This document shows, piece by piece, positions 34,176 to 46,980 of a DNA stretch of 64,000 nucleotides (position 1 is its first letter; each line of letters begins with the position of its first letter). The stretch is from assembly GCF_964194155.1 (NCBI RefSeq), contig NC_135914.1, forward strand, positions 6,014,001-6,078,000, in the 5' to 3' direction. Source of the DNA: Cetorhinus maximus (taxonomy: Eukaryota). The notes under the pieces were generated by a model, which did no database searches, had not been told where the DNA came from, and saw nothing but the letters and a program-made list of their open reading frames with translations. The translations under genes and the position numbers were made by a program.

Positions 34176-37100
34176 TTTTTATTCTTTCAAGGGACGTGGG
34201 CTTCACTGGCTGGGCCAGCATTTATTTCCCTTGAGGTAGTGGTGGTGATCTACCTTCTTGAACCCCTGCAGTCCATGTAGTGTAGGTACATCTACAGTGC
34301 TGTTAGGGAGTGAGTTCCAGGATTTTGACCCAGCGACAATGATGCAACGGCAATATACTTCCAAGTCAGGATGATGAGTGGCTTGGAGGGGAACTTCCAG
34401 ATGGTGGTGTTCCCATGCATCTGCTACCCTTATCCTTCTAGATGGTAGTGCTTGTGGAAGGTGCTGTCGAAGGAGCTTTGGTGAGTTTCTGCAGTGCATC
34501 TTGTAGATGGCACACATTGAAGCCCCTGTGCATTGGTGGTAGAGGGAATGAATGTTTGTGGAGGGGGTGTCATTCAAGCGGGCTGCTTTATCCTGCACGG
34601 TGTCAGGCTTCTTGAGCATTTTTCGGGGCAAGTGAAGAGTGTTCCATCACACTACTGACTTGTGCCTTGTAGATGGCAGATAGGCTTTGGAGAGTCAGGA
34701 AGCGAGCTACTCGCCACAGGATTCCCAGCCTCTGATCTGCTCTTGTAGCTACAGTATTTATATAGCTGGTACAGTTCAGTTTGTGGTTAATGATAACCCC
34801 TAATGTTGTTAGTGGGGAATTCAGTGATGGTATTGCCATTGAATATCAATGGGCGATGGTTAGATTCTTTTGTGTTGGAGATGGTCATTGCCTGACACTT
34901 GTGTGGTGCGAATGTTACTTGCCATTTGTCAGCCCAAGCCTGGATATTGTCCAGGTCTTGCTGCATTTGGACATGGACTGCTTCAGTATCTGAGGAGTCG
35001 TGGATGGTGCTGAACATTGTGCAATCATCAGCGAACATCCCCACTTCTGACGTTATGACGGAAGGAAGGTCATTGATGAAGCAGCTGAAGATGGTTGGGC
35101 CTAGGGCACTACCCTGAGGAACTCCTGCAGTGATGTCCTGGAGCTGAGATGCATGACATCCAACAACCACAGCCATCGTCCTTTGTGCTAGGTATGACTC
35201 CAACCAATGGAGAGTTTCCCCCCTGATTCCCGTTGACTCCAGTTTTGCTAGGGCTCCTTGATGCCACACTCAGTCAAATGCAGCATTGATGTCAAGGGCA
35301 TTCACTCTCACCTCACCTCAGGACCCTTAGTCCATGTTTGAACCAAGACTGTAATGAGGTCAGAAGCTGAGTGACCCTGGCAGAACCCAAGCAGGTTATT
35401 GCTAAGCAAGTGCTGCTTGATAGCACTGTTGATGACCCTTTCCATTATTTTACTGATGATCGAGAGTAGACTGATGGGGGTGTAATTAGCCGGGTTGGCT
35501 TTGTCCTGCTTTTTGTGGGCAGGACTTACCTGGGTAATTTTCCACATTGCTGGGTAGATGCCAGTGTTGTAGCTGTACTGGAACAGCTTGGCTAGGGATG
35601 CGGCTAGTTCTGGAGCACAAGTCTTCGTGTTATTGCCGGAATATTGTCAGGGCCCATAGCCTTTGTAGTATCCAGTGCTTCAATTGTTTCTTGATATCAC
35701 ATGGAGTGAATCAAATTGGCTGAATACTGGATAAAAGCAAAAAACTGCGGATGCTGGAAATCCAAAACAAAAACAAAAATACCTGGAAAAACTCAGCAGG
35801 TCTGGCAGCATCTGCGGAGAGGAACACAGTTAACGTTTCGAGTCCGAATGACCCTTCAACAGAACTAAGTAAAAATAGAAGAGAGGTGAAATATAAGCTG
35901 GTTTAAGGGGGGGTGGGACAAGTGGAGCTGGATAGAGGGCCATTGATAGGTGGAAATAACCAAAAAATCATAGACAAAAGGACAAAGAGGTGTTGAAGGT
36001 GGTGATATTATCTAAGGAATGTGCTAATTAAGGGTAGAAAGCAGGACAAGCAAGGTACAGATACCCCTAGTGGGGGTAGGGTGGGGGGAAGGGATCGAAA
36101 TAGGCTAAAAGGTAGAGATAAAACAATGGATGGAAATACACTTAAAAATAATGGAAATAGGTGGGAAAAGAAAAATCTATATAAATTATTGGAAAAGGTG
36201 GGGTGGGAATCGGAAAGGGTATGGGGATGGAGGAGAGAGTTCATGATTTAAAATTGTTGAACTCAATATTCAGTCCGGATTGGGAGCAACGAATGCAGTA
36301 GCCCTCAACCGTGTCCGGCCCATCTCCCATGCATCCAACCTCACACCTTTTTCTCCCTCCCAGAAACATGATAGGGTCCCCCTTGTCTTCACTTATCACC
36401 CCACCAGCCTCCGCATTCAAAGGATCATCCTCCGCCATTTCTGCCAACTCCAGCATGATGCCACCACCAAACACATCTTCCCTTCACCCACCCCCGGCGG
36501 CATTCCGCAGGGATCGTTCCCTCCGGGACAGCCTGGTCCACTCCTCCATCACCCCCTTCACCTCAACCCCCTCCCACGGCACCTTCCCATGCAACCGCAG
36601 AAGGTGCAACACCTGCCCCTTTACTTCCCCTCTCCTCACCGTCCAAGGGCCCAAACACTCCTTTCAAGTGAAGCAGCATTTCACTTGCACTTCCCTCAAT
36701 TTAGTCTACTGCATTCGTTGCTCCCAATGCGGTTTCCTTTACATTGGAGAGACCAAACGCAGACTGGGTGATCGCTTTACAGAACACCTTCGGTCGGTCC
36801 GCAAACATTACCCAGACCTCTCTGTCGCTTGCCATTTCAACATTCCACCCTGCTCTCATGCCCACATGTCCGTCCTCGGCTTGCTGCATTGTTCCAGTGA
36901 AGCTCAACGCAAACTGGAGGAACAGCACCTCATCTTCCGACTAGGCACTTTACAGCCTTCTGGACTGAATATTGAGTTCAACAATTTTAGATCATGAACT
37001 CTCTCCTCCATCCCCACCCCCTTTCCGATTTCCCCCCCCTTTTTTTCCAATTATTTATATAGATTTTTCTTTTCCCACCTACTTCCATTATTTTTAAATG

Positions 37101-37915
37101 TATTTCCATCCATTGTTTTATCTCTACCTTTTAGCCTATTTCGATCCCTTCCCCCCACCCTACCCCCACTAGGGGTATCTGTACCTTGCTTGTCCTGCTT
37201 TCTACCCTTAATTAGCACATTCCTTAGATAATATCACCACCTTCAACACCTCTTTGTCCTTTTGTCTGTGACATCTTTTGGTTATCTCCACCTATCACTG
37301 GCCCTCTATCCAGCTCTACTTGTCCCACCCCCCCTTAAACCAGCTTATATTTCACCTCTCTTCTATTTTTACTTAGTTCTGTTGAAGGGTCATTCGGACT
37401 CGAAACGTTAACTGTGCTCCTCTCCGCAGATGCTGCCAGACCTGCTGAGTTTTTCCAGGTATTTTTGTTTTTGTTTTGGCTGAATACTGGCATTTGTGAT
37501 GCTGGGGACCTCTGGAGGAGGCCGAGATGGATCGTCCACTCAGCACTTCTAGCTGAACAATGTTGTGAACGCTTCAGCCTTGCCTTTTGTGCTGATGTGC
37601 TGGGCTCTTCCATCATTGAGGATGGGGATATTTGTGGAGCCTCCTCCTCCAGTGAGTTGCTTAATTGTCCACCACTATTCATGACTGGATGTGGCAGGAC
37701 TGCAAAGCTTGGATCTGATTTGTTGAATGTGGAATCGCTTAGCTTTGTCTATCACTTGTTGCTTATGCTGTTTGGCATGCAACTGGCCCTGTATTGTAGC
37801 TTCACCAGGTTGACACCTCATTTTTAGGTATGCTGGGTGCTGCTTTTGGCATGCCCTCCTGCACTCTTCATTGAACAAGGGCTGATCCCCTGGCCTGATG
37901 GCAATGGTAGAGTCT
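34176..37915 (-). mobile_element. Non-LTR retrotransposon (CR1/L2 group) RT region, 5'-truncated, interrupted by a Penelope element
   Basis: WHQGALAKLES..GVPQGSALGPTIFSCFINDLP..MFADD; collinear with 59600-61620. Confidence 0.9.
35731..37478 (+). mobile_element. Penelope-like element (Neptune type), GIY-YIG endonuclease region flanked by inverted pLTRs
   Basis: ORF 36311-36997 CNRRRCNTC..VYCIRCSQCGFLYIGETKRRLGDRFTEH; ~520-bp inverted arms; duplication TTGGCTGAATACTGG at 35716-35730 and 37476-37490. Confidence 0.92.
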
Positions 37916-37959
37916 CCTGTCTTCCCTCACTAATCCCAGAGTGTTAATACTAACTACGG

Positions 37960-38750
37960 AGAAATTTGAAGTTATCCACTTCAGAAGGAAAACAGTAAAA
38001 CAGTGTATATTTTAAATGGTGAGAAACTGGGGAATGTTGGTGTTCAGACTGTTTCTGGGTGTCCCTGTACAGGAATCACAGAAAGTTAACATTCAGGTCC
38101 AACAAGCAATCAGGAAAACAAATGGTGTGTTAGCCTTTATTATAAAAGGATTGGAGTATGAGTTAAAAAGTCTTACTGCAATTATACGGAGCCTCAGTGA
38201 GACCACCTGGAATACTGTATACAGTTTTGGTCTCCTCACCTAAGGAAGAATAAACCTGTCTTGGAGAGAGTGTTACAGAAGTTCACCAGCCTGATTCCTG
38301 GATGAGAGAATCTCCTATACGGAGAGATTGAGAAATCCAGCCCATATTCCCAGAATTTAGAAGAGCAAAGGTGACCCCTTGTGACATATAAACATTTTAA
38401 GGTGTTCGACAGGGTAGATGCTAAGAGTTTGTATCCTCCCCCAGCTGGAGAATCTAAAACACATGGGGTCATGGTCTCAGGATAAAGGGTCGGCCATTTC
38501 GGACTGAAATGAGGAGCGATTTCTTCACTGGGAGGGCTGTGAATCTTTGGAGTTCTGTACCGCAGAGAGCAGTGGATGCTCAGTCAGCGAGTATATTCAA
38601 GACTGAGATTGATAAATGTTTTTGGATATTAAGGGATATGGAGATAGTGTGAGAAGGTGGAGCTGAGATAGATCAGTCATGATTGTACTGAATGCCAGAG
38701 CATGCTCGAGGGACTGAGTAGCCTACTCCTACTCCTATTTCTTATGTTCT
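37960..38750 (+). mobile_element. CR1-type LINE 3' fragment, degenerate
   Basis: LGVPVQESQKVNIQVQQAIRKTNGVLAFI plus a CR1-like 3' tail. Confidence 0.8.
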
Positions 38751-39214
38751 TGTGCTAATTTATCCCTTGGAGCAGGAAGGATATAATTAGAATTGTGCAG
38801 CACAGGAGGAGACCATTTGGTCTGTTGTTCCTGTGCTATCTCTTTTGAGAGTGAGCTACCCACTCTCCATCCTTTTTCCTCATATCTCTGCAGGTTAATC
38901 CTCTTCAACTTGATCTGCGGTTTCCTTTTGAAAGTTCCTAAGGAATATAATTCCACCATCCTTTCAGGCCCTGCAGTCCAGATCGTAATCCCCTGTGATG
39001 TAATTTCTACTCATTCTACCCACTCGCCACCTCCCCACCCACCCCCAAACACACTGGTTTCTTCAACCTGTGTCCCTCAGGTTAGCGACCCTCCTGTCAC
39101 TGCAAACTATTTCTCCTTATTTACCCTATCAAAACCCCTCCTCTTTATTAAATCTCCCCTTAACATTCTCTGCTCTAAGGGGAAAATTCCCACCGTCTTA
39201 ATATCACGATACAC

Positions 39215-40190
39215 TGTGCAAGATGTAACGGGTGGTGTACCACAGGGATCAGTGCTGGGACCTCAACTGTTTACAATTTATATAAATGACTTAGATGAAG
39301 GGATGGATTGGATAGTTGCCACATTTGCTGATGACACAAAGATAGGAAGGAAAGTAAGTTGTGAAGAGGACATAAAGAGGCTACGAAAAATATAGATAGG
39401 TTAAGGGAGTGAGCAAAGATCTGGCAAATGGAGAATAATGTGTGAAAGTGTGAAATTGTCCGTTTTGGTAGGAAGAATACAAGAGAAGCTTATTATCTAA
39501 ATGGTGAGAGATTGCAGAGCTCTGAGATTTAGAGGGATCTGGGTATCTTAGTGCATGAATTGCAAAAGGTTAATATGCAGGTGCAGCAAGTAACTAGGAA
39601 AGCTAATAGAGTGTTATTGTTCATTGTGGGGGGGAATTGAATGCAAAAGTAGGGAGGTTATGCTTCACTTATACAGCGCATTGGTGAGACACATCTGGAA
39701 TACTGTGTACAGTATTGGTCACCTTATTTAAGGGAGGATGTGAATGCGTTGGAAGCAGTTCAGAGAAGGTTTACCAGACTAATACCTGGAATGGGTGGGT
39801 TGTCCTGTGAGGAAGGGTTGGACAGACTAGGCTTGTATCCACTGGAGTTTAGCAGAGTAAGAAGCGACTTGATTGAAACATGATTTTTCCTCTTGTGGGA
39901 GAATCTAGAACTAGGGGTCACTGTTTAAAAATAAGGGGTCGCCCATTTAAAACTGAGATGAGGAGAAATTTTTTTTGGAACTTCCTTCCTGAAAAAGCAT
40001 TTGAAGCCAGAACCTTTGAATATTTTTAAGGCAGAGGTGGTAGATTCTTGGTAAGAAAGGGGGTGATAGGTTATCGGGGGCAGGCGGGATGCAGATTTGA
40101 GGTTACTATCAAACCAACCATGATCTTATTGAATGGTGGAGCAGGCTCGAAAGGCTGAATGGCCTATTCCTGCTCCTTGTTCGTAATGAA
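39215..40190 (+). mobile_element. CR1-type LINE RT 3' part
   Basis: GVPQGSVLGPQLFTIYINDLDEG..FADDTKIG; same family as 825-2010. Confidence 0.88.
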
Positions 40191-40345
40191 ACATTGTCCT
40201 CATTCCCCCTCTGGCTCTATTTGCCTTTTTAACAATCTGTTGGGCAGCATTTTCATTCTGAGGTTGAGGTTCCTGGGCATTGGGTAAATACTGAACCTAT
40301 GGGTTGGAATCTCATGCTGAAACTTCTCCTCACTGCCCACCACAG

Positions 40346-40446
40346 GAAGAGGTCAATCAGATTTCTGAAGACGGACTGTTTGAACGAGCACTCCCTAAGC
40401 TGGATCAGCTGGAGCGAGAATCTGAAGCACGTACAGAACCTGCATG
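40346..40446 (+). CDS. PMF1: PMF1 exon 3 EEVNQISEDGLFERALPKLDQLERESEARTEPAW
   Basis: ccacag| and |gtatgg, 101 nt; human EEISDIKEEGNLEAVLNALDKIVEEGKVRKEPAW. Confidence 0.92.
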
Positions 40447-40529
40447 GTATGGGATAGTCTGCAATCACTCTTGAGTAAAGTAACAACTTGCTAGGGGCTT
40501 GTTCTTGGAGCTTGGCTGCTAAACCTGGT

Positions 40530-41350
40530 TTTACTGACCCCTGAGTTAGAGGGGAGGGGTGGGGATATCAGCCAGGGTTCCTTCTCCTGATCACTGTCCA
40601 GCGATCCCTGGGTTAGGGCTCCTGCTCCTGATCACTGTCTAGTGACCCCTGGGTTAGAGAGAGGGGGGGGAAATCAGCCAGGGTTCCTGCTCCTGAACAC
40701 TGTCCAGTGAGCCCTGGGTTAGAGAGAGGGGAAATCAGCCAGGGTTCCTGCTCCTGATCACTGTCCAGTGACCCCTGGGTTAGAGAGAGGGGGGAAATCA
40801 GCCAGGGTTCCTGCTCCTGATCACTGTCCAGTGACCCCTGGGTTAGAGAGAGGGGGGAAATCAGCCAGGGTTCCTGCTCCTGATCACTGTCCATTGACCC
40901 CTGGGTTAGAGAGAGAGAGGGGAAATCAGCCAGGGTTCCTGCTCCTGGTCACTGTCCAGTGACCCCTGGGTTAGAGAGAGAGAGGGGAAATCAGCCAGGG
41001 TTCCTGCTCCTGATCACTGTCCAGTGACCCCTGGGTTAGAGAGAGGGGGGAAATCAGCCAGGGTTCCTGCTCCTGGTCACTGTCCAGTGATCCCTGGGTT
41101 AGAGAGAGAGGAGAAATCAGACAGGGTTCCTGCTGCTGATCACTGTCCAGTGATCCCTGGGTTAGAGAGAGAGAGGAAATCAGCCAGGGTTCCTGCTCCT
41201 GATCACTGTCCAGTGATCCCTGGGTTAGAGAGAGAGAGGAAATCAGCCAGGGTTCCTGCTCCTGATCACTGTCCAGTGATCCCTGGGTTAGAGAGAGAGG
41301 GGAAATCAGCCAGGGTTCCTGCTCCTGATTACTGTCCACTGACCCCTAGG
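40530..41350. repeat. ~60-bp minisatellite (ccagggttcctgctcctgatcactgtccagtgacccctgggttagagagaggggaaatcag)
   Basis: About 13 units. Confidence 0.93.
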
Positions 41351-41510
41351 TCAGATGAAGGGGACTATGTGGAGAGTAGGGTGGACAATGTAAAAAAGAT
41401 CATTTTATGTCCTTGTGTTTTAGAAGCACTGGGGCTTTTGGTTTAGGTGTAGGTGGTGTCTGCTGGGTGTATTGCCTGCAAACTGAACCCACCTATGCTG
41501 AATTTCCCAG

Positions 41511-41706
41511 GCGTCCCACAGGCTGCCCAGCTGTGGACTTACAGAAACACCTGGTGCCATACCTGCTCCAGCAACGTGATTACTTGCGCCTGAAGCTAAA
41601 GAGGGCAAAGGAGGAGAATGCGGCTCTGGCACAGTCTGTCGTCCAGGGCAGGAACAGGGTTGAAGCTTTAGGACGACTGCGAGATCAGCGATGTCAGCGA
41701 TGGCAG
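41511..41706 (+). CDS. PMF1: PMF1 exon 4 RPTGCPAVDLQKHLVPYLLQQRDYLRLKLKRAKEENAALAQSVVQGRNRVEAL..RWQ
   Basis: tcccag| and |gtaggt, 196 nt; human RPSGIPEKDL..PYFLQQRDTLRR..ENQQLADAVLAGRRQVEEL. Confidence 0.94.
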
Positions 41707-41729
41707 GTAGGTAAAGTTCAGGGACACGA

Positions 41730-42772
41730 AACAGTCACCCTCACTCACAAACGGACACCCTCACTCACAAACGGACACCCTCACTCATAAACGGTCACCC
41801 TCACTCATAAACGGCCACCCTCACTCATATAAACGGCCACCCTTGCTCGTATAAACGGTCACCCTCACTCACAAATGGTCACCCTCACTCACAAACGGTC
41901 ACCCTCACTCACAAACGGTCACCCTCACTCACAAATGGTCACCCTCACTCACATAAACGGACACCCTCACTCATATAAACGGTCACCCTCGCTCATATAA
42001 ACGGTCACCCTCACTCACATAAACGGTCACCCTCGCTCATATAAACGGACACCCTCACTCACATAAACGGTCACCCTCACATAAACGGACACCCTCGCTC
42101 ACATAAACGGTCACCCTCACACATAAACGGTCACCCTCACACATAAACGGTCACCCTCACACATAAACGGTCACCCTCACTCACATAAACGGTCACCCTC
42201 ACATAAACGGTCACCCTCGCTCACATAAACGGTCACCCTCGCTCACATAAACGGACACCCTCGCTCACATAAACGGTCACCCTCACTCATAAACGGTCAC
42301 CCTCACACATAAACGGACACCCTCACTCACATAAACGGCCACCCTCGCTCATATAAACGGCCACCCTCGCTCATATAAACGGCCACCCTCGCTCATATAA
42401 ACGGTCACCCTCACTCACATAAACGGTCACCCTCGCTCACATAAACGGTCACCCTCGCTCACATAAACGGCCACCTTCACTCACATAAACGGCCACCCTC
42501 GCTCGTATAAACGGTCACCCTCGCTCGTATAAACGGTCACCCTCGCTCGTATAAACGGACACCCTCGCTCGTATAAACGGACACCCTCGCTCGTATAAAC
42601 GGACACCCTCGCTCGTATAAACGGTCACCCTCGCTCGTATAAACGGTCACCCTCGCTCGTATAAACGGTCACCCTCGCTCACATAAACGGACACCCTCAC
42701 TCATATAAACGGTCACCCTCGCTCACATAAACGGCCACCCTCGCTCGTATAAACGGACACCCTCACTCATAA
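41730..42772. repeat. ~19-23 bp minisatellite (cataaacggtcaccctcactca)
   Basis: About 45 units starting ~25 bp after the exon 4 donor. Confidence 0.95.
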
Positions 42773-43045
42773 GCAACAGCTTGGGTCACTGCTCTTTGGG
42801 GTCATGCTGAGGGGGTGCTGGTATTGGAGTCAGGATGAGAGTGGGATGGGGTATGAGGGTTGAGAGATCCGGAACACATGGTCTTGCCAGGTCCGCATTA
42901 GGAAACTGATTGTGTGTGTGTGTTTGTTAATACTGCTCAGTTGAGCTTCCCCCGACCCCCAGCTCCCTGGGAGTGGGTGTTCCTTGTCGAGGAGGAAGCT
43001 GCATCTCGATCTCCTGTTACTAACAGTGGTGTGTTTGTTTATCAG

Positions 43046-43090
43046 GAATGCACTGAACTCTGTCGTCAGTTCCAGTTGGATGAGCAGTGA
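43046..43090 (+). CDS. PMF1: PMF1 probable terminal coding exon ECTELCRQFQLDEQ*
   Basis: tatcag| acceptor in phase 0; 14 codons plus stop, similar in length to the human C-terminus after WQ; AATAAA at 44077. Confidence 0.65.
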   Translation, partial: ECTELCRQFQLDEQ

Positions 43091-43309
43091 GTGAATGAAG
43101 ATGGCCGGAGTTGGAATGCCAGTGTTGAAACAGAAGTGTTATTCTAAATCCTGTCTTCCTGTGCCTTCACTCATATCCCTGCCCTGCGACTGTAACAGGT
43201 GAACCAACCTGGCTCCAAATCCCATTACAGCTTCACTAAATAACTAGTGAGGGGAGTGAAGTGTACCAGGGTGGGAAGGGTGAGTGAATAGTGTATGTAA
43301 CAGCAATGG

Positions 43310-43592
43310 CTCTGTATCTAACCCCGTGCTGTACCTGTCCTGGGAGTGTTTGATGGGGACAGTGTAGAAGCAGCTTTACTCTGTATCTAACCCCGTGCTG
43401 TACCTGTCCTGGGAGAGTTTGATGGGGACAGTGTAGAGGGAGATTTACTCTGTATCTAACCCCGTGCTGTACCTGTCCTGGGAGTGTTTGATGGGGACAG
43501 TGTAGAGGGAGCTTTACTCTATCTAACCCCATGCTGTACCTGTCCTGGGAGCGTTTGATGGGGACAGTGTAGAGGGAGCTTTACTCTGTACC
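43310..43592 (-). repeat. 69-bp dispersed minisatellite, ~4 units, in the probable PMF1 3' UTR
   Basis: Reverse complement of the 21881-22752 unit. Confidence 0.93.
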
Positions 43593-45189
43593 TATTTCCT
43601 CAACTTGATGGACACGAAGACTCTGTAAAACATTGATGCTTGACCTGTGCCTCGAAAGTTGGATTTTGGAAGCCTTTGTCCCAGTTGTTGTGTTGATAAA
43701 TCTTCCTTTTGTGGTTCGTGTGTGTCTGGTGCAATGCGTTGCTCCTCTCTCTATCATCTTACTTAAATTGTTGGAAGATAACTGGAAGGGATGGCCTGGC
43801 CTGGGTCTGTATTGATGCGGTGGGTGTTGTTAACTCCTTTGTCACAGCAATGTGTCAGTGAGGATACCTGGGAAGGATAGTGATCCGTTCCCCAAAGTTA
43901 ATGAAGAAATGTCAGACTCAGAGCTAATGGCGGGGAGATGAAAATCACACAGTGGATTATTGAAACGGCACCAATCTCCTCGAGACCAGAGATACACTAG
44001 AGCTGCCTCACTAACATCATGTCTGTCTGGGTGGATTGTTTTAACTGCTCCTCGCTCTCTGTAATGCTGTTCGTTAAATAAACCAGTTAGCCCAGCCCCT
44101 CCCCAGTCAAGGGAATGTGTGGACACCCACAAGCCCAGCAGAAACCAGCAGCCTGGTTTCCGCTTGCTCAGTGTTGTCACAGTCTCCAGCAGCTGCTGGT
44201 TCCTGTTTGATGCCCGCCCGTGGGATCGGCAGCTTCTAAACACACACACAGCGACATCTGTACTTACGCTGCGCAATACACAGAGCAACCTCTGCACTAC
44301 ACGCGTGTATTATCTTCAGGGGGAGTGGGGTGGCTGTTTATTTTGTCACAGGAGGGAATGGAGGGGGGAAAGAGACCCACTGTGTAAATTTGTGTGTATG
44401 TTGGAATTAAAATTAAACTGAAAATGGGTGTGAAGTACAAAACCACCCTGTGTTCCGTCTCTTCATTCCCCCTTCCTTGTTTCTTGTGCTGCATACAGGT
44501 ACTGACGCTGCTTTTGGACCTCCCAGCCCAAAGGGTCTCTCAGTGCGTTGGGTCCTTCTGTCACCAGCACAGGGCACTACAAGTGGGCACTCCTGCCTGC
44601 GGGTTCTTCCCTCCTTACGCTTGGGAGTGGCAATTGTCAGCAGCTCTCTGTCAACCCCTGTCAAGGGTAAATAAACACTGACCAGGGGCTGATCCTGGCA
44701 GTTTCCAGCTGGCAAGTCAAGAGCGAGTGGTACCTCTACCAATGATAATGCACAGCTTCAGCCTGTGGATACTAACGGACTGAGCTGTTTGATCGAGGAC
44801 ATAATCTCCAGGAGCAAGGAGAGATCTTGTCACCAAATTCAGACTGCGAGAACCAGCATAGCATCACAGAGCACAGGAGGAGGCCATTATGCCTGTGCCA
44901 GCTTTCTGATAGAGCTATTCCATCAGTCCCACCTTCCCTCCTCTTTCCTCAAATTCCTATAAACTTTCACTTTTCAACTATTTATCCAATTCCCTTCACA
45001 AAGTTTTCTATTGAATCTACTTCCACTGCCCTTTCAGGCAGTGCGTTCCAGATCACAATTCACTGTGTGGAGCCAGCTGCTCAGTTCCTGTGCTCCATTG
45101 TGTCATGGAGCAAGCAACAGATGAACCTTGGGAGTATATTTTGGTTGGTGGAGTAAGGGGTGGGGTATACTACTATAAACTCCACCAGC

Positions 45190-45975
45190 CCTTAAAACCC
45201 ACCCTATTGTTGTAACCTCCCCCAGCTACTACAACCCCCTATCTCTGTAACCTCCTACAACCCTCCCTATCTTTGTAACATCCCCCAGCTACTACAACCC
45301 CCTATCTCTGTAACCTCCCCCAGCCCCAACACCCCTCCCTATCTCTATAACCCCCTACGACCTATTTGTAACCTCCTCCAGCCCATACACCCCTCCCTAT
45401 CCCTGTAACCTGCCCCAGCCCCTACACCCCTCCCTATCTCTGTTATCTCCCCCAGCCCCTACACCCCTCCCTATCCCTAACCTCCCATGACCCTCCCTAT
45501 CTCTGTAACTTCCCCCAGCCCCTACACCCCTCCCTATCTCTGTAACCTCCTCCAGCCCCTACACCCCTCCCTACCTCTGCCTCCCCCAGCCTCTACACCC
45601 CTCCCTATCTCTGGAACCTCCCCCAGCCCCGACACGCCTCCCTATCCCTAACCTCCTCCAGCCCCACACCATTCTGAGATACCTGCGCTACTCCAATTCT
45701 GGTCTCTTCAGCATCTCGGATTTTAATCATGCCACCATTCAGTTGCCTGGGTCTGAGCTCTGGAATTCCCTCCCTAAATCTTCTCTGCCCCCTCGCCTCT
45801 TTAAAAAGCACTCCTTATAACCTATCTCCTTAACCAGATGTTTGGGCAACATATAAATATAAGTTGTTGTTGCACCTGTCATAATACAGCATCTCCTTAT
45901 GTGGCTCCATGTCAATATATGGTGAAGCACCTTGGGTGTTTTACCAAGTTACAGGTGCTATATAAATGCAGGTTG
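45190..45975 (+). mobile_element. L2-like LINE 3' fragment with degenerate 38-bp array at its 5' side
   Basis: ccctccctatctctgtaacctcctccagccc units followed by the tail ..ctctggaattccctccctaa..gtgctatataaatgcaggttgttg. Confidence 0.7.
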
Positions 45976-46574
45976 TTGGGCATATCACTGCGATATGGAA
46001 GCAGTTTATTACAATGGTGTCGCATTACAATTGGCAGTTGTAATTTAAAGTAGGTACCACTCTTTTCCCCCCTACCCCAGCCCCCATCTCCATCAATATC
46101 AAGCTCCCTGCCCCTGAGTTCCAGCAATGCCAGATGTGACCAGGATAAATGGACCTCACTGCAGAGTGTCATCTCCTTGTGTCTCCAAACACAAAGGGAC
46201 ACAGTAACTCGCCTCGAGAGTGTTCGGCTTCTGAATAGCAGATTACAGGAGCTGTGATCTTTGCCCTGTGTAACCGCTGGGGCCATTACCCAGCTAATGG
46301 GATGAGGCAATGCTACTGCTGACTGAACGGAGACACAGCACTTCGCTGCCCGACCCCCACCACATTGCAACCTCCGTTACCAAGGTTTTACTCTCTGACT
46401 TCAGCTTCTTTCACACCAATAGACACAAACAATCCTGATGGGAGACCACGCTGATTTCTTACTGAAAAGGAAAGTTTTGCAGCTAAAAGGAGAATACTCT
46501 GGTTCCTTACACTCGATTGTTCCCTTTATCATTCTGTCTCAACCTAATCTAATTTTCTAATTAGGAAAAAGAAA

Positions 46575-46980
46575 GGAATTACATTCCTATAGCGCCTTTC
46601 ACAACCTCAGCATGTCCCAAAGCGCTTTACAGCCAACAAAGTACTTTTTTAAGCATAGTCACTGTTTTAATATAGAAAACTCAGCAGCCAATTTGTGCAC
46701 AGCAAGCTCCCACAAGCAGCAATGTGATGATGACCCAGGTAATCTGTTTCTTCATGATGTTAGTTGAAGAATGAAAACTGGTCCCAGGGCACCAGGGACA
46801 ACTCTTCTCTAAAATAATGCTGGGTATCTTTTATGTCCACCTGAGAGGGCAAATAGGTTTAACATCTCGTGCAAAAGATGGCACCTTTAACAGGGCAGTG
46901 TGCCCTCAGCGCGGCACTGGAATGTCAGTCTAGATTTTTGCCCAAGAGTGGGACTTGAACCTGCAACCTTCTGACTCAGT
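46575..46980 (-). mobile_element. Deu-type (SacSINE1-like) tRNA-derived SINE, unexpanded copy
   Basis: Reverse complement collinear with 62901-63850 without the array; box B-like ggttcaagtcc. Confidence 0.7.
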
